A stretch of 64,000 nt of DNA, from NCBI GenBank assembly GCA_051439505.1, contig JBFRWI010000100.1, forward strand, positions 32,001 to 96,000. The letters are read 5' to 3'. Below, one piece after another: positions 28,944 to 37,868 of the stretch (position 1 is its first letter; the number at the start of each line of letters is the position of its first letter). The position numbers were made by a program, and so were the translations under genes. The notes beneath the pieces were generated by a model. It made no database searches. It had not been told where the DNA came from and saw only the letters and a program-made list of their open reading frames with translations. This DNA comes from Hormoscilla sp. Its GTDB lineage: Bacteria; Cyanobacteriota; Cyanobacteriia; Cyanobacteriales; Desertifilaceae.

Positions 28944-31289
28944 ATGAGACAAAGAAGAAAATCATTCATCCAGAGAAAGGCAAAATTAAGGCATTGGTTC
29001 GGGCGCTGGCAGTTGCGCCTGTTCCTGGGGTTGCTTCTACTCTGCTTGACGGTACGCGCCCTCCCCTATATCGCCCCTATCCATAGCAGCGATATCGAAC
29101 AAAATCAACAGGCGATCGAGTTTACGGACCGCAACGGACTTGCTTTGGGAACTATTCTCACTCGCAACCAGGAAAATACCGCAGTGGTGAGTCTCTCCCA
29201 AGTATCGGATTATTTTATCGACGCGATTATCGCTGCTGAAGATCAGCGCTATTATCAACATGGGGCCCTGGATATGCAGGCGATCGCCCGTTCTTTGTTA
29301 GAAGCGATGCAAGCAAAGCAGATCGTCAGCGGTGCATCGACAATTACCATGCAATTGGCACGGATGCTAGACCCCAGTCCCCGCACCATCCCTAATAAAA
29401 TTCGGGAAGTTTGGCTGTCCTGGCGCTTAACTGCTGGCATGAGTAAAGCGGAAATTCTGGAAGCTTACATTAATAGATTGCCAATGGGTGGTAATATCTA
29501 TGGAGTAGAAGCAGCGGCCCGGACTTATTTCGGCATTCCCGCAGCAGACCTGAATTTGGCCCAAGCAACTCTCCTGGCAGCTATTCCTAACGATCCTACG
29601 GACCTCAATCCTTATAGTAATTGGCAAGGGTTGAAGCAACGACAAGCTTACGCGATCGATCGCCTGGTAGCAGACGAGTACATTACCCGCACGGAAGGCG
29701 ATCGGGCCTTGGCAGAAAAGATTTCTTTGCAACCGCGCGACAAAGGAATTATCGCCGCCCCCCATTTTCTGTTCTTTGTCGCCCAGCAACTCCATCAGCA
29801 GCATCCTGCTGTAGTGAAAACAACCATCGATCGCCCCTTGCAGCAGTTTGTGGAAGCGCAAGTGCAGCAAGTAATTGACGATCTGGAAGCCAATAACGTT
29901 GGCAATGCCGCTGCCTTAGTCATAGATAATCAGACTGGGGAAATTTTAGCCTATGTTGGTTCGGCAGATTACAATGATACTGGCAAGTTAGGTCGCAATG
30001 ATGGGGTGCAAGCTTTGCGACAACCGGGCAGTACCCTCAAACCTTTTCTCTACGAGTTTGCCTTAGAAAAACGTCTCATTCATCCCAATACGATCTTGGC
30101 AGACGTACCCACCCATTATCCCATTCCCGGTGCCAAACTCTACAGTCCTTTAGATTACAGCGAAACCTTTCACGGACCGGTACGAGTGCGCCTCGCCTTG
30201 GCCAATTCTTTGAATATTCCCGCAGTCCGCGTCTTGGAAAAAGTGGGAGTAGAAAATTTCCTTACCCGCCTGCATCAGCTAGGATTTTCACATCTGGACG
30301 AGTCTCCAGAATATTATGGTTTGGGGTTGGCCCTCGGTAGCGGCGAAGTCAGTCTCTGGGAGTTGGCCCGCGCCTACCTTACCCTCGCCCGAACAGGAGA
30401 TGCGATCGGGTTATCTGTTACCCCTATAGAAACCTCTGAGAAGCAAGAGATTGATGCTTCACCTAGGGGCCGATCGACAATGGCATTAATTGCAGATATG
30501 TTGAGTGACCCCCACGCCCGGGCGATCGAATTTGGCGTAGACTCGGTATTGAACTTGCCCTTCCCCGCAGCAGTGAAAACCGGGACATCTTCTAATTATC
30601 GGGATACCTGGACCGTAGGGTTTACTCAAGACTATACCGTGGCAACTTGGGTCGGGAATTTTAATGGCGATCGCATGGAAGAGGTATCTGGAGTCACGGG
30701 TGCAGCACCACTTTGGCGGCGGATTATGCTACACTTACATGAAACTTCCGAACCGCCAGCATTTCCCCCACCCGAACATCTCGTAACTCGACCGATCTGC
30801 GCCCTTTCCGGGTTGCGACCGACTCCCGCCTGTCCTGCTGTCGTGCGAGAATATTTCTATCCTGAAGACTTGGCCGAGTACGATCGCCATCTCGACAGTT
30901 TCTATCAGCTAGTATCTTCCGAAAGTGGCGATCGCGAATATCGGATCGACTTGCCTCCAGAATACGACGAATGGGTCGCCATGCAGCAGGCCCCCGCTTT
31001 ATTTGCCAGGGACTTAAAAATTGTCTCCCCTCGGAATGGAGATGTTTTCTTGCTAGAACCTGCGTCCCGGGTCGAGTTCAAACTTGCTGGCCTAGAGGAT
31101 GAAGCTGTAGAATGGTGGTTAAACGGGAAAAAACTTGCCAGGGGACCGGAACATCATTTATTCTGGTCATTGCAACCCGGTAACTGGACCTTGCAAGTGA
31201 AAGCTGGAGAAAAAAGCGATCGGGTGAATTTTGAGGTCCTGTTGGCCGAACATCGACCCACACCCCGGGGCTTTTCGATCGGCAATTAG
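28944..31289 (+). CDS. pbpC: Penicillin-binding protein 1C
   Basis: AEDQRYYQH, GASTITMQLAR, GSTLKPF, SLN, KTGTS and C-terminal PBP1C domain. Confidence 0.92.
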   Translation: MRQRRKSFIQRKAKLRHWFGRWQLRLFLGLLLLCLTVRALPYIAPIHSSDIEQNQQAIEFTDRNGLALGTILTRNQENTAVVSLSQVSDYFIDAIIAAEDQRYYQHGALDMQAIARSLLEAMQAKQIVSGASTITMQLARMLDPSPRTIPNKIREVWLSWRLTAGMSKAEILEAYINRLPMGGNIYGVEAAARTYFGIPAADLNLAQATLLAAIPNDPTDLNPYSNWQGLKQRQAYAIDRLVADEYITRTEGDRALAEKISLQPRDKGIIAAPHFLFFVAQQLHQQHPAVVKTTIDRPLQQFVEAQVQQVIDDLEANNVGNAAALVIDNQTGEILAYVGSADYNDTGKLGRNDGVQALRQPGSTLKPFLYEFALEKRLIHPNTILADVPTHYPIPGAKLYSPLDYSETFHGPVRVRLALANSLNIPAVRVLEKVGVENFLTRLHQLGFSHLDESPEYYGLGLALGSGEVSLWELARAYLTLARTGDAIGLSVTPIETSEKQEIDASPRGRSTMALIADMLSDPHARAIEFGVDSVLNLPFPAAVKTGTSSNYRDTWTVGFTQDYTVATWVGNFNGDRMEEVSGVTGAAPLWRRIMLHLHETSEPPAFPPPEHLVTRPICALSGLRPTPACPAVVREYFYPEDLAEYDRHLDSFYQLVSSESGDREYRIDLPPEYDEWVAMQQAPALFARDLKIVSPRNGDVFLLEPASRVEFKLAGLEDEAVEWWLNGKKLARGPEHHLFWSLQPGNWTLQVKAGEKSDRVNFEVLLAEHRPTPRGFSIGN

Positions 31290-31502
31290 ATCCCGGAATG
31301 CCAGAATTAAGAAACCCGGTTTTTCGGGAAAACCGGGTTTCTGGGTACCGAGGCGATCGGCAATTTTATCAGCGTACAGTCGTAGGTTGGGTTTCGTGCG
31401 GAAACCCAACCCGCGATATGTTGTTGGCGCTGGACTTGTTGGGTAACTTTCGACAACCCAACCTACGAATGTCTTTATCAACTACGAACCTCGGCAAACC
31501 CT

Positions 31503-31526
31503 ATCGAGTAAATATTGATAACTCAT
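31503..31526 (-). pseudogene. 8-codon VapC (PIN) N-terminal stub MSYQYLLD
   Basis: ATGA overlap with the vapB stop; matches the usual PIN start Y-L-L-D(TN), then the similarity stops. Confidence 0.65.
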
Positions 31527-31774
31527 CCGTCAGCACTCAAGCAAATATCATCAAGTGGTGGTAGGCATCCATCCACATCTGGGAACGAATCCGGAACATC
31601 TTTTAGAGTTTTGAGCAAAGCGAGGAGAGAGGTGGTGGGTACGGGTTCAATAATTAAACGATCGCCCTCTTTCCGGAAAGTCACTTCTGTATTCGGTAAG
31701 CTAAACTCCGAGGGGATTGTCAATACTTGATTGTGACCGTTCTTGCCTAAATAAACATGGTAGGACTCGTGCAT
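31523..31774 (-). CDS. AbrB/VapB-type antitoxin
   Basis: NGHNQVLTIPSEF...RKEGDRLIIEP...SLLALL. Confidence 0.85.
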   Translation of the reverse strand: MHESYHVYLGKNGHNQVLTIPSEFSLPNTEVTFRKEGDRLIIEPVPTTSLLALLKTLKDVPDSFPDVDGCLPPLDDICLSADG

Positions 31775-31857
31775 TTTTTCCTCTTCTAACCAAAACTTAC
31801 CTTCCATAGCTTCACCTTCTTAATTTTTAGGAGAATGGGCAAATGCTAAAGCGTTTA

Positions 31858-33042
31858 CTACGAACCCTGGATCTTCGATCGCACTTTTTCTATCTGCTCC
31901 ATAAAATATTCTGAATCGACTTTCAACTCGGAAGCTAACCCTAATCCATCATTAAATGCTTCTAATGCTTCCTCATATTCTTCTTGACTTACATGAATCT
32001 GACCGATCAACTCGTAGGTCTTCATCTTACCATACATGTCATAGGATCGATCGTGTACATACAGTAACTGCTGATAAACCACTAAGGCAAACTCGGCCCG
32101 ATCGGTCTCTCGATACAGTTCCCCCAACCTTGATAAGGCTATCCCAGCATCGCTAAACTGCTGTAAAGATGCTGCTAACTCGTAAGCGGCTCGATAATAT
32201 TCAGCAGCAGCTTCTATTTTTCCCGTAGCTACATGGTCAGCACCGATGCTGATTTGCAATTCCGGAATCTCTGTTAAATTATCCCCTTCCAGGTATAATT
32301 CCACTAGCTGGTTTTTCACGCCGATCGCCCGATCGGGCATTTCCCCTCGATCGTAAATGTATGCTAGTTCCCGTCCATATATTACCTGACTGGCGCGATC
32401 GCCCTCGGACACCGCTAAGGCCAGCAACTCTTGATATGCTGTTGCTGCTTCGGCGTAATCAAACCAACTCAGATGCAATTGACCGATCCTATTTAAGATC
32501 TCCGCGATTTTTTCCCTATCCGACGATTCCCTAGTATCGGCGATGATTTCTTTATAAACTGCAAGGGCTAAATCATGCGATCGCATCTGTTCGTAAGCGG
32601 ACCCCAGAGATCGCAATAGCACCATATCCTGGGATGATGAAGCTTGTTCCCGCAGCGACTGCAACCGCCCCTTAATTACTGATAACTCCTCCGACCGATT
32701 TTCCCCCCAGGCGATCGCCCCCACTCTCCCCAAAGCTTCCACTTCCGCCATCGGCCCCAAACTCCGTCGCAGTCGTAACTCTCGATACCAAATTGCAAAC
32801 GCTTTGGTGGTATCACCTTCGTCTAGCTGCCTCATGGCCCGATCGTGTAACCCGTCCAATTGGGCCAGGAAATCCTGCTGTTCTCTGGGAGACATCGGTT
32901 CTTGAGGCAGCAGCGGATCGGGTTCAGTCATCTCCAACGGACTGGGAGGCAAGCGATCGCCCTTCTTGGCCCACACCCCTGGAGATCCGGCAAAAGTCAT
33001 TACTAACAACAAAGTCAAGGCCAGCAGTTTTTGTCCTTTCAT
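31858..33042 (-). CDS. Exported TPR-repeat protein
   Basis: Signal peptide and multiple TPR-like helices. Confidence 0.85.
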   Translation of the reverse strand: MKGQKLLALTLLLVMTFAGSPGVWAKKGDRLPPSPLEMTEPDPLLPQEPMSPREQQDFLAQLDGLHDRAMRQLDEGDTTKAFAIWYRELRLRRSLGPMAEVEALGRVGAIAWGENRSEELSVIKGRLQSLREQASSSQDMVLLRSLGSAYEQMRSHDLALAVYKEIIADTRESSDREKIAEILNRIGQLHLSWFDYAEAATAYQELLALAVSEGDRASQVIYGRELAYIYDRGEMPDRAIGVKNQLVELYLEGDNLTEIPELQISIGADHVATGKIEAAAEYYRAAYELAASLQQFSDAGIALSRLGELYRETDRAEFALVVYQQLLYVHDRSYDMYGKMKTYELIGQIHVSQEEYEEALEAFNDGLGLASELKVDSEYFMEQIEKVRSKIQGS

Positions 33043-33117
33043 TTGCCAATTACCCATACGCTCTTTGCTTAACTGTGTCATAATAGAAGCATTTTGAATA
33101 GCAAAAGCGAGGCACAG

Positions 33118-34395
33118 GTGAAAATTGCAGTCGTTGGCAGCGGAGGTCGAGAACATGCCATTACCAGAACTTTATTGCGATCGCCCCAGGTGGAACGAGT
33201 CTTCTGCATACCGGGCAATGGCGGCACGGCCACTACGGACCGCTGTCAGAACCTAGCTTTGGGGGTCGATGACTTCCCCGGCATCGGACAATTTTGCTCC
33301 GATAATCAGATATCCCTGGTAGTAGTCGGTCCGGAATTGCCTCTATCCCAGGGTATTACAGACTACCTACAACAGCAACAAATTCCTGTTTTCGGTCCCA
33401 CCCAGGCCGGGGCTCAAATTGAGTCCAGTAAAGCTTGGGCAAAAGCATTGATGGCAACAGCGGAGATCCCGACGGCCTTCGCTTCTGTATTTACAGATGC
33501 TAACACGGCGAAAGCCTACGTGCAAACAGGAAAACTCCCGATCGTCATTAAAGCAGATGGCTTGGCCGCTGGTAAGGGCGTTACCGTTGCTACTACTTTA
33601 GCAGAGGCAGAAGCCGCGATCGATGCTGCCATGACAGGTAAATTTGGGGCGGCGGGTTCGAGACTTCTAATTGAAGAATGTTTATATGGTCAAGAAGTCT
33701 CCATTCTCGCTTTAACTGACGGTCAAGCAATTATACCCCTATTGAGCGCCCAAGACCACAAGCGTATTGGCGAAGGAGATACGGGCCCTAATACTGGCGG
33801 TATGGGTGCCTATGCCCCCGCTCCCATTATTACCCCAAACCTGATGCAACGCATTCACAAAGAAATTCTTTCCCCTGCCGTGCAGGCAATGGCCGATCGG
33901 GGTATAGTTTACCGAGGCGTTCTCTATGCTGGTTTGATGATTACTCCCTCCGGGGATCCCAAGGTAATCGAATTTAACTGTCGTTTTGGCGATCCCGAAA
34001 TTCAAGCTATTCTCCCCCTCCTGGAAACTCCTTTAGCAGAAATACTCTACGCTACCGCAACTGGACGCTTGGCAAAAATAGGCCCGATAGCCTGGAAGGA
34101 GGAAGTATCTGCCTGCGTCGTCCTGGCAGCTAATGGTTATCCCGAAAGCTACGAGAAAGGTAAAGTAATTACAGGGATCGATCGGGCGGAAGCATCGGGT
34201 GCAATTGTCTTCCAAGCGGGCAGCAAACTGCAAGGAGAACAACTACTCACCAATGGCGGTCGCGTCCTCAACATTGTAGCAACGGACTCCACCTTTGAGC
34301 AAGCATTTGCCCGCGCATATGCTGCCGTAGACTGCATCGAATTTGCCGGTATGTACTGCCGACGCGATATCGGTCACCGCGTGATTAAACCATGA
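33118..34395 (+). CDS. purD: Phosphoribosylamine--glycine ligase
   Basis: VGSGGREHA, KADGLAAGKGV, QDHKR, EFNCRFGDPE. Confidence 0.97.
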   Translation: MKIAVVGSGGREHAITRTLLRSPQVERVFCIPGNGGTATTDRCQNLALGVDDFPGIGQFCSDNQISLVVVGPELPLSQGITDYLQQQQIPVFGPTQAGAQIESSKAWAKALMATAEIPTAFASVFTDANTAKAYVQTGKLPIVIKADGLAAGKGVTVATTLAEAEAAIDAAMTGKFGAAGSRLLIEECLYGQEVSILALTDGQAIIPLLSAQDHKRIGEGDTGPNTGGMGAYAPAPIITPNLMQRIHKEILSPAVQAMADRGIVYRGVLYAGLMITPSGDPKVIEFNCRFGDPEIQAILPLLETPLAEILYATATGRLAKIGPIAWKEEVSACVVLAANGYPESYEKGKVITGIDRAEASGAIVFQAGSKLQGEQLLTNGGRVLNIVATDSTFEQAFARAYAAVDCIEFAGMYCRRDIGHRVIKP

Positions 34396-34597
34396 CTGCC
34401 GTGATGTCTTCATCATATCACCCAACTAACAACTAACAACTAACAACGGGTGCATCTCAATGCATGGGCGTTAGCGCAGCGGCTGCTGCGCAGCCGCTAC
34501 GCTAACGCCCCTACATATATATTCGCTTGCGGTCCAGATGCACCCACTGACAACTGACCACTAACAACTGACCACTAACAACTGACCACTAACAGAT

Positions 34598-36712
34598 ATG
34601 AGCGCCTTACTAAAGAAGATTAGAGAAATTCTAGCAAACTGGTGGTCGGAGTTTACCCTCCAAACCAGATTGATGGCAGCCGCAACCTTGGCAGTAAGTT
34701 TAATTATGAGCGGTTTGACCTTCTGGGCAGTGAATAGCATTCAACTGGATGCCCGCCTCAGCGATACCCGCTTCGGTCGCGACCTGGGTCTACTTTTAGT
34801 TTCTAATGTAGCACCCTTCGTCGCCGAAGATAATCTTACAGAATTAGCTCGCTTTTCCCAACGCTTCTATGACACTACTGATAATATTCGCTATATGCTG
34901 TACGCCGATGTAGAGGGCAATATTTTCTTCGGAATACCTTTTTGGGAGTCGGAAGTGCATAGTTCCCTGACCATTCGGCGACGAATGCAATTACCGATAG
35001 ATTTCAGTCAGAATGGCCAGTTTCCCTTCGTCCGACAGCATCAGACCCCCTCCGGACAAGTCACCGATGTCTTCGTTCCGATTATACATTCAGATCGATA
35101 TTTGGGAGTCTTGGCCTTGGGCATTAATCCTAACCCGACTGCGGCCACCTCTTCCAATCTGACTCGGGATGTGACGATCGCGGTGTTTGTCTCGATCTGG
35201 GTAATGGTAATCCTGGGTGGAGTATTTAATGCCTTGACGATCACCAAACCCATTAAAGAATTGCTAGTAGGGGTGAAAAACATTGCTGCTGGGAATTTCA
35301 AGCAGCGAGTCGATCTCCCCTTGAGTGGAGAACTGGGAGAATTAATCGGTGGTTTCAACGAAATGGCGGAACGACTAGAACGCTATGAAGAACAAAATAT
35401 TGAAGAACTGACCGCTGAAAAAGTCAAGCTGGAAACCCTAGTATCCACGATCGCTGACGGTGCGGTGTTGCTAGATCCCGATTTACGGGTGATGCTAGTG
35501 AACCCCACGGCACAACGTATTTTTGGCTGGGAAGATAAATCCGTGCTAGGCTCTCAGGTACTGGATAAACTGCCCCCCCTCGTGCAGGTGAAACTGATGC
35601 GACCCCTGCATGAAATTGCCGCTGGGCTTATGCCCACAGCAACTAAGGATGGTGCCGAATTTCGCATCACTCTTACCGAACCGGTAAACCGGACCATCCG
35701 GATTGTACTGACAACTTTACTCTCCCACCGCGCCACGGGAGAAGAGTCCCTCTGTAAAAACTGTCTCCACGATCGGGAGGATACCTGTAGGTCCTCCGAT
35801 CGCCCCCATGTCACGGAATGCTTCCTGTACGAACATCATGCCAGCAATTATATAATCGAGCAATACCGGGAAAGCTTGAAGGGAATTGCCATCACCGTGC
35901 AAGACATTACTCGGGAAGTAGAATTGAACGAGGCCAAGTCCCAGTTTATCAGCAACGTCTCTCACGAGTTAAGGACGCCTCTATTTAATATTAAAGGATT
36001 TATCGAGACCCTTTACGAGTACGGCGAAGAACTCAGCCAAGTAGAACGTCACGATTTCCTGGAAACGGCCAACCACGAGACCGATCGCCTGACGCGCCTG
36101 GTAAACGACGTGTTAGACTTGTCCCGACTAGAATCATCCTGTCGGATCTATCATTTAAATTCCGTATACATCAGTCAACCTATAGAACAAACCCTGCGGA
36201 ATTGTCAGCTAAATGCGAAGGATAAAGGAATAGAACTGCGGCAGGAGATAGAACCGAATTTGCCCCCAATATTGGGAAACTACGACCTCTTGCTGCAAGT
36301 ATTCACCAATCTCGTGGGGAACGCCCTGAAGTTCACCGAACCCGGGGGGCGAGTAATGATTAGGGCCTATTTGTTAGCAGATGCCTTACCAGAACTAATG
36401 ATAGATCCTAAAGGACCAGCGGTGCGGATCGAGATCGCCGACACGGGAGCTGGCATTGACAAGCAGGACCAACAAGCGATATTCGATCGGTTTTTCCGGG
36501 TGGAGAACCGAGTTCACACCTTAGAAGGTACGGGTTTGGGTCTGTCGATCGTTAGGAATATAATAGAGAAGCATCAGACTCGGATCCAGTTAGTGAGTGA
36601 AGTAGGAGTAGGGACGACGTTCTGGTTCGACCTAGCGGTATATCAAGAAAAGGAGGTATCAGCAGAAGATGTCATTCCAGGGCGGGAATCTTACCTATCC
36701 GAGGTCTCGTAG
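34598..36712 (+). CDS. nblS: Sensor histidine kinase NblS/Hik33 (TM-HAMP-PAS-HisKA-HATPase) with an extra Cys-rich insert
   Basis: WWSEFTLQTRLMAAAT, SNVSHELRTPLFNIK, RVENRVHTLEGTGLGL; adjacent to purD. Confidence 0.95.
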   Translation: MSALLKKIREILANWWSEFTLQTRLMAAATLAVSLIMSGLTFWAVNSIQLDARLSDTRFGRDLGLLLVSNVAPFVAEDNLTELARFSQRFYDTTDNIRYMLYADVEGNIFFGIPFWESEVHSSLTIRRRMQLPIDFSQNGQFPFVRQHQTPSGQVTDVFVPIIHSDRYLGVLALGINPNPTAATSSNLTRDVTIAVFVSIWVMVILGGVFNALTITKPIKELLVGVKNIAAGNFKQRVDLPLSGELGELIGGFNEMAERLERYEEQNIEELTAEKVKLETLVSTIADGAVLLDPDLRVMLVNPTAQRIFGWEDKSVLGSQVLDKLPPLVQVKLMRPLHEIAAGLMPTATKDGAEFRITLTEPVNRTIRIVLTTLLSHRATGEESLCKNCLHDREDTCRSSDRPHVTECFLYEHHASNYIIEQYRESLKGIAITVQDITREVELNEAKSQFISNVSHELRTPLFNIKGFIETLYEYGEELSQVERHDFLETANHETDRLTRLVNDVLDLSRLESSCRIYHLNSVYISQPIEQTLRNCQLNAKDKGIELRQEIEPNLPPILGNYDLLLQVFTNLVGNALKFTEPGGRVMIRAYLLADALPELMIDPKGPAVRIEIADTGAGIDKQDQQAIFDRFFRVENRVHTLEGTGLGLSIVRNIIEKHQTRIQLVSEVGVGTTFWFDLAVYQEKEVSAEDVIPGRESYLSEVS

Positions 36713-37070
36713 AAAACAGTAGCGAAATAACTATTGCCATTGCTAGAGGCAAATGCTAACATCAATAAAGGGATGATTACTGTAGGTTGGGTTTCCGAAC
36801 TAAACCCAACCAGATGTTGCCGATCGGCTTGGCGAAGAAGGTATATTACCCGGGAGGCAGAGCCTCATTTTGACGTTCCCTACCAGAGACAGGGAACGAG
36901 ACAAGATCTCTCGGTTAAGGACATAGGTTGTCATTGCGAGGGGGGGGTCAACCGCGAGCAATTTATGGGAAATTGAGTCGCGCAGCGTTGCGAGGCACGA
37001 AGCAATCCCCCCCCCGAAGCAATCTCCCTGTTCGCTGCTTAACCGAGAAGTATTGGGGAACGAGATATGA

Positions 37071-37424
37071 TTACAAAGAGATCAGCAAGCTGAAGATTAC
37101 CAACCCCAGCAGCACTAACCAGGCCATATTCCGCCTGACCCATAATTTAATTCCTTGACTGCTGAAGATATTTCTGTTAAGATTGTACTCAACAATTGGT
37201 TCGGAAATATCTTGGTAGAGAGTACAATCTCTAGCATGGGGGCGTTGGGGAAAGTTACAGGTATCATCGGCGTGGTAAGTGCAACTGTTGCACAAAGGTT
37301 CGTCCCCCGTAGCGCGGTGTAAAGGGATGCCCGGATGACCGAATGCTTTCAGGACCAGACCGCAATGGGGACAGGTAACTGCTTGAGAATTGATAGATTT
37401 GTGACAGCGAGGACAATTGGACAT
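37071..37424 (-). CDS. Zinc-ribbon plus second Cys-cluster protein with C-terminal TM anchor
   Basis: CPRC...CPHC, KAFGHPGIPLH, CNSC...C...C, hydrophobic C-terminus. Confidence 0.85.
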   Translation of the reverse strand: MSNCPRCHKSINSQAVTCPHCGLVLKAFGHPGIPLHRATGDEPLCNSCTYHADDTCNFPQRPHARDCTLYQDISEPIVEYNLNRNIFSSQGIKLWVRRNMAWLVLLGLVIFSLLISL

Positions 37425-37466
37425 GAGATAATTGTGATCTTCTACGTTATTTATGTTAAGATATTA

Positions 37467-37803
37467 TATTAGACTGCCACTGACTTAAGGTGTCATTGCG
37501 AGGGGGGAGACAAAAAAAAATTTCCCGAGTAATACTAGCAAGCCCCCCTCGCAATGACAAATAGGATTTTGAGGGTGGTAGTCAGCGCTATTAGACTGCC
37601 ACTGACTTAAGGTGTCATTGCGAGGGGGGGGAATAAAAATAAATTTCCCGAGTAATGCTAGCAAGCCCCCCGAAGCAATCTCATGCCTAGTCGAAAACTG
37701 GAGATTGCTTCGGGGGCTTAACTCATAGTCAGACATAAGTTAACTATTGGTAGCCCCCCTCGCAATGACAAATAGGATTTTGGGGGCGGTAGTCAGCGCT
37801 ATT
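37467..37803. repeat. 122-bp tandem duplication built from the GTCATTGCGAG repeat
   Basis: TATTAGACTGCCACTGACTTAAGGTGTCATTGCGAG at ~37467 and ~37589. Confidence 0.85.
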
Positions 37804-37868
37804 CGACGCGGATGTGGTATGTTAAGATATCATATTAACGGCGACCCAGACCATCCAGAGGAACAGTC

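Noticed and set aside
28816..29086. C-terminal part of the 128-aa ORF at 28700
   Set aside because: It reads through a repeat and overlaps pbpC out of frame.
37467..37803. GTCATTGCGAG repeats as a mini-CRISPR or as the DGR template
   Set aside because: The arms are inverted rather than direct, several loops are related to each other, and nothing resembles the RGGSW-coding region.
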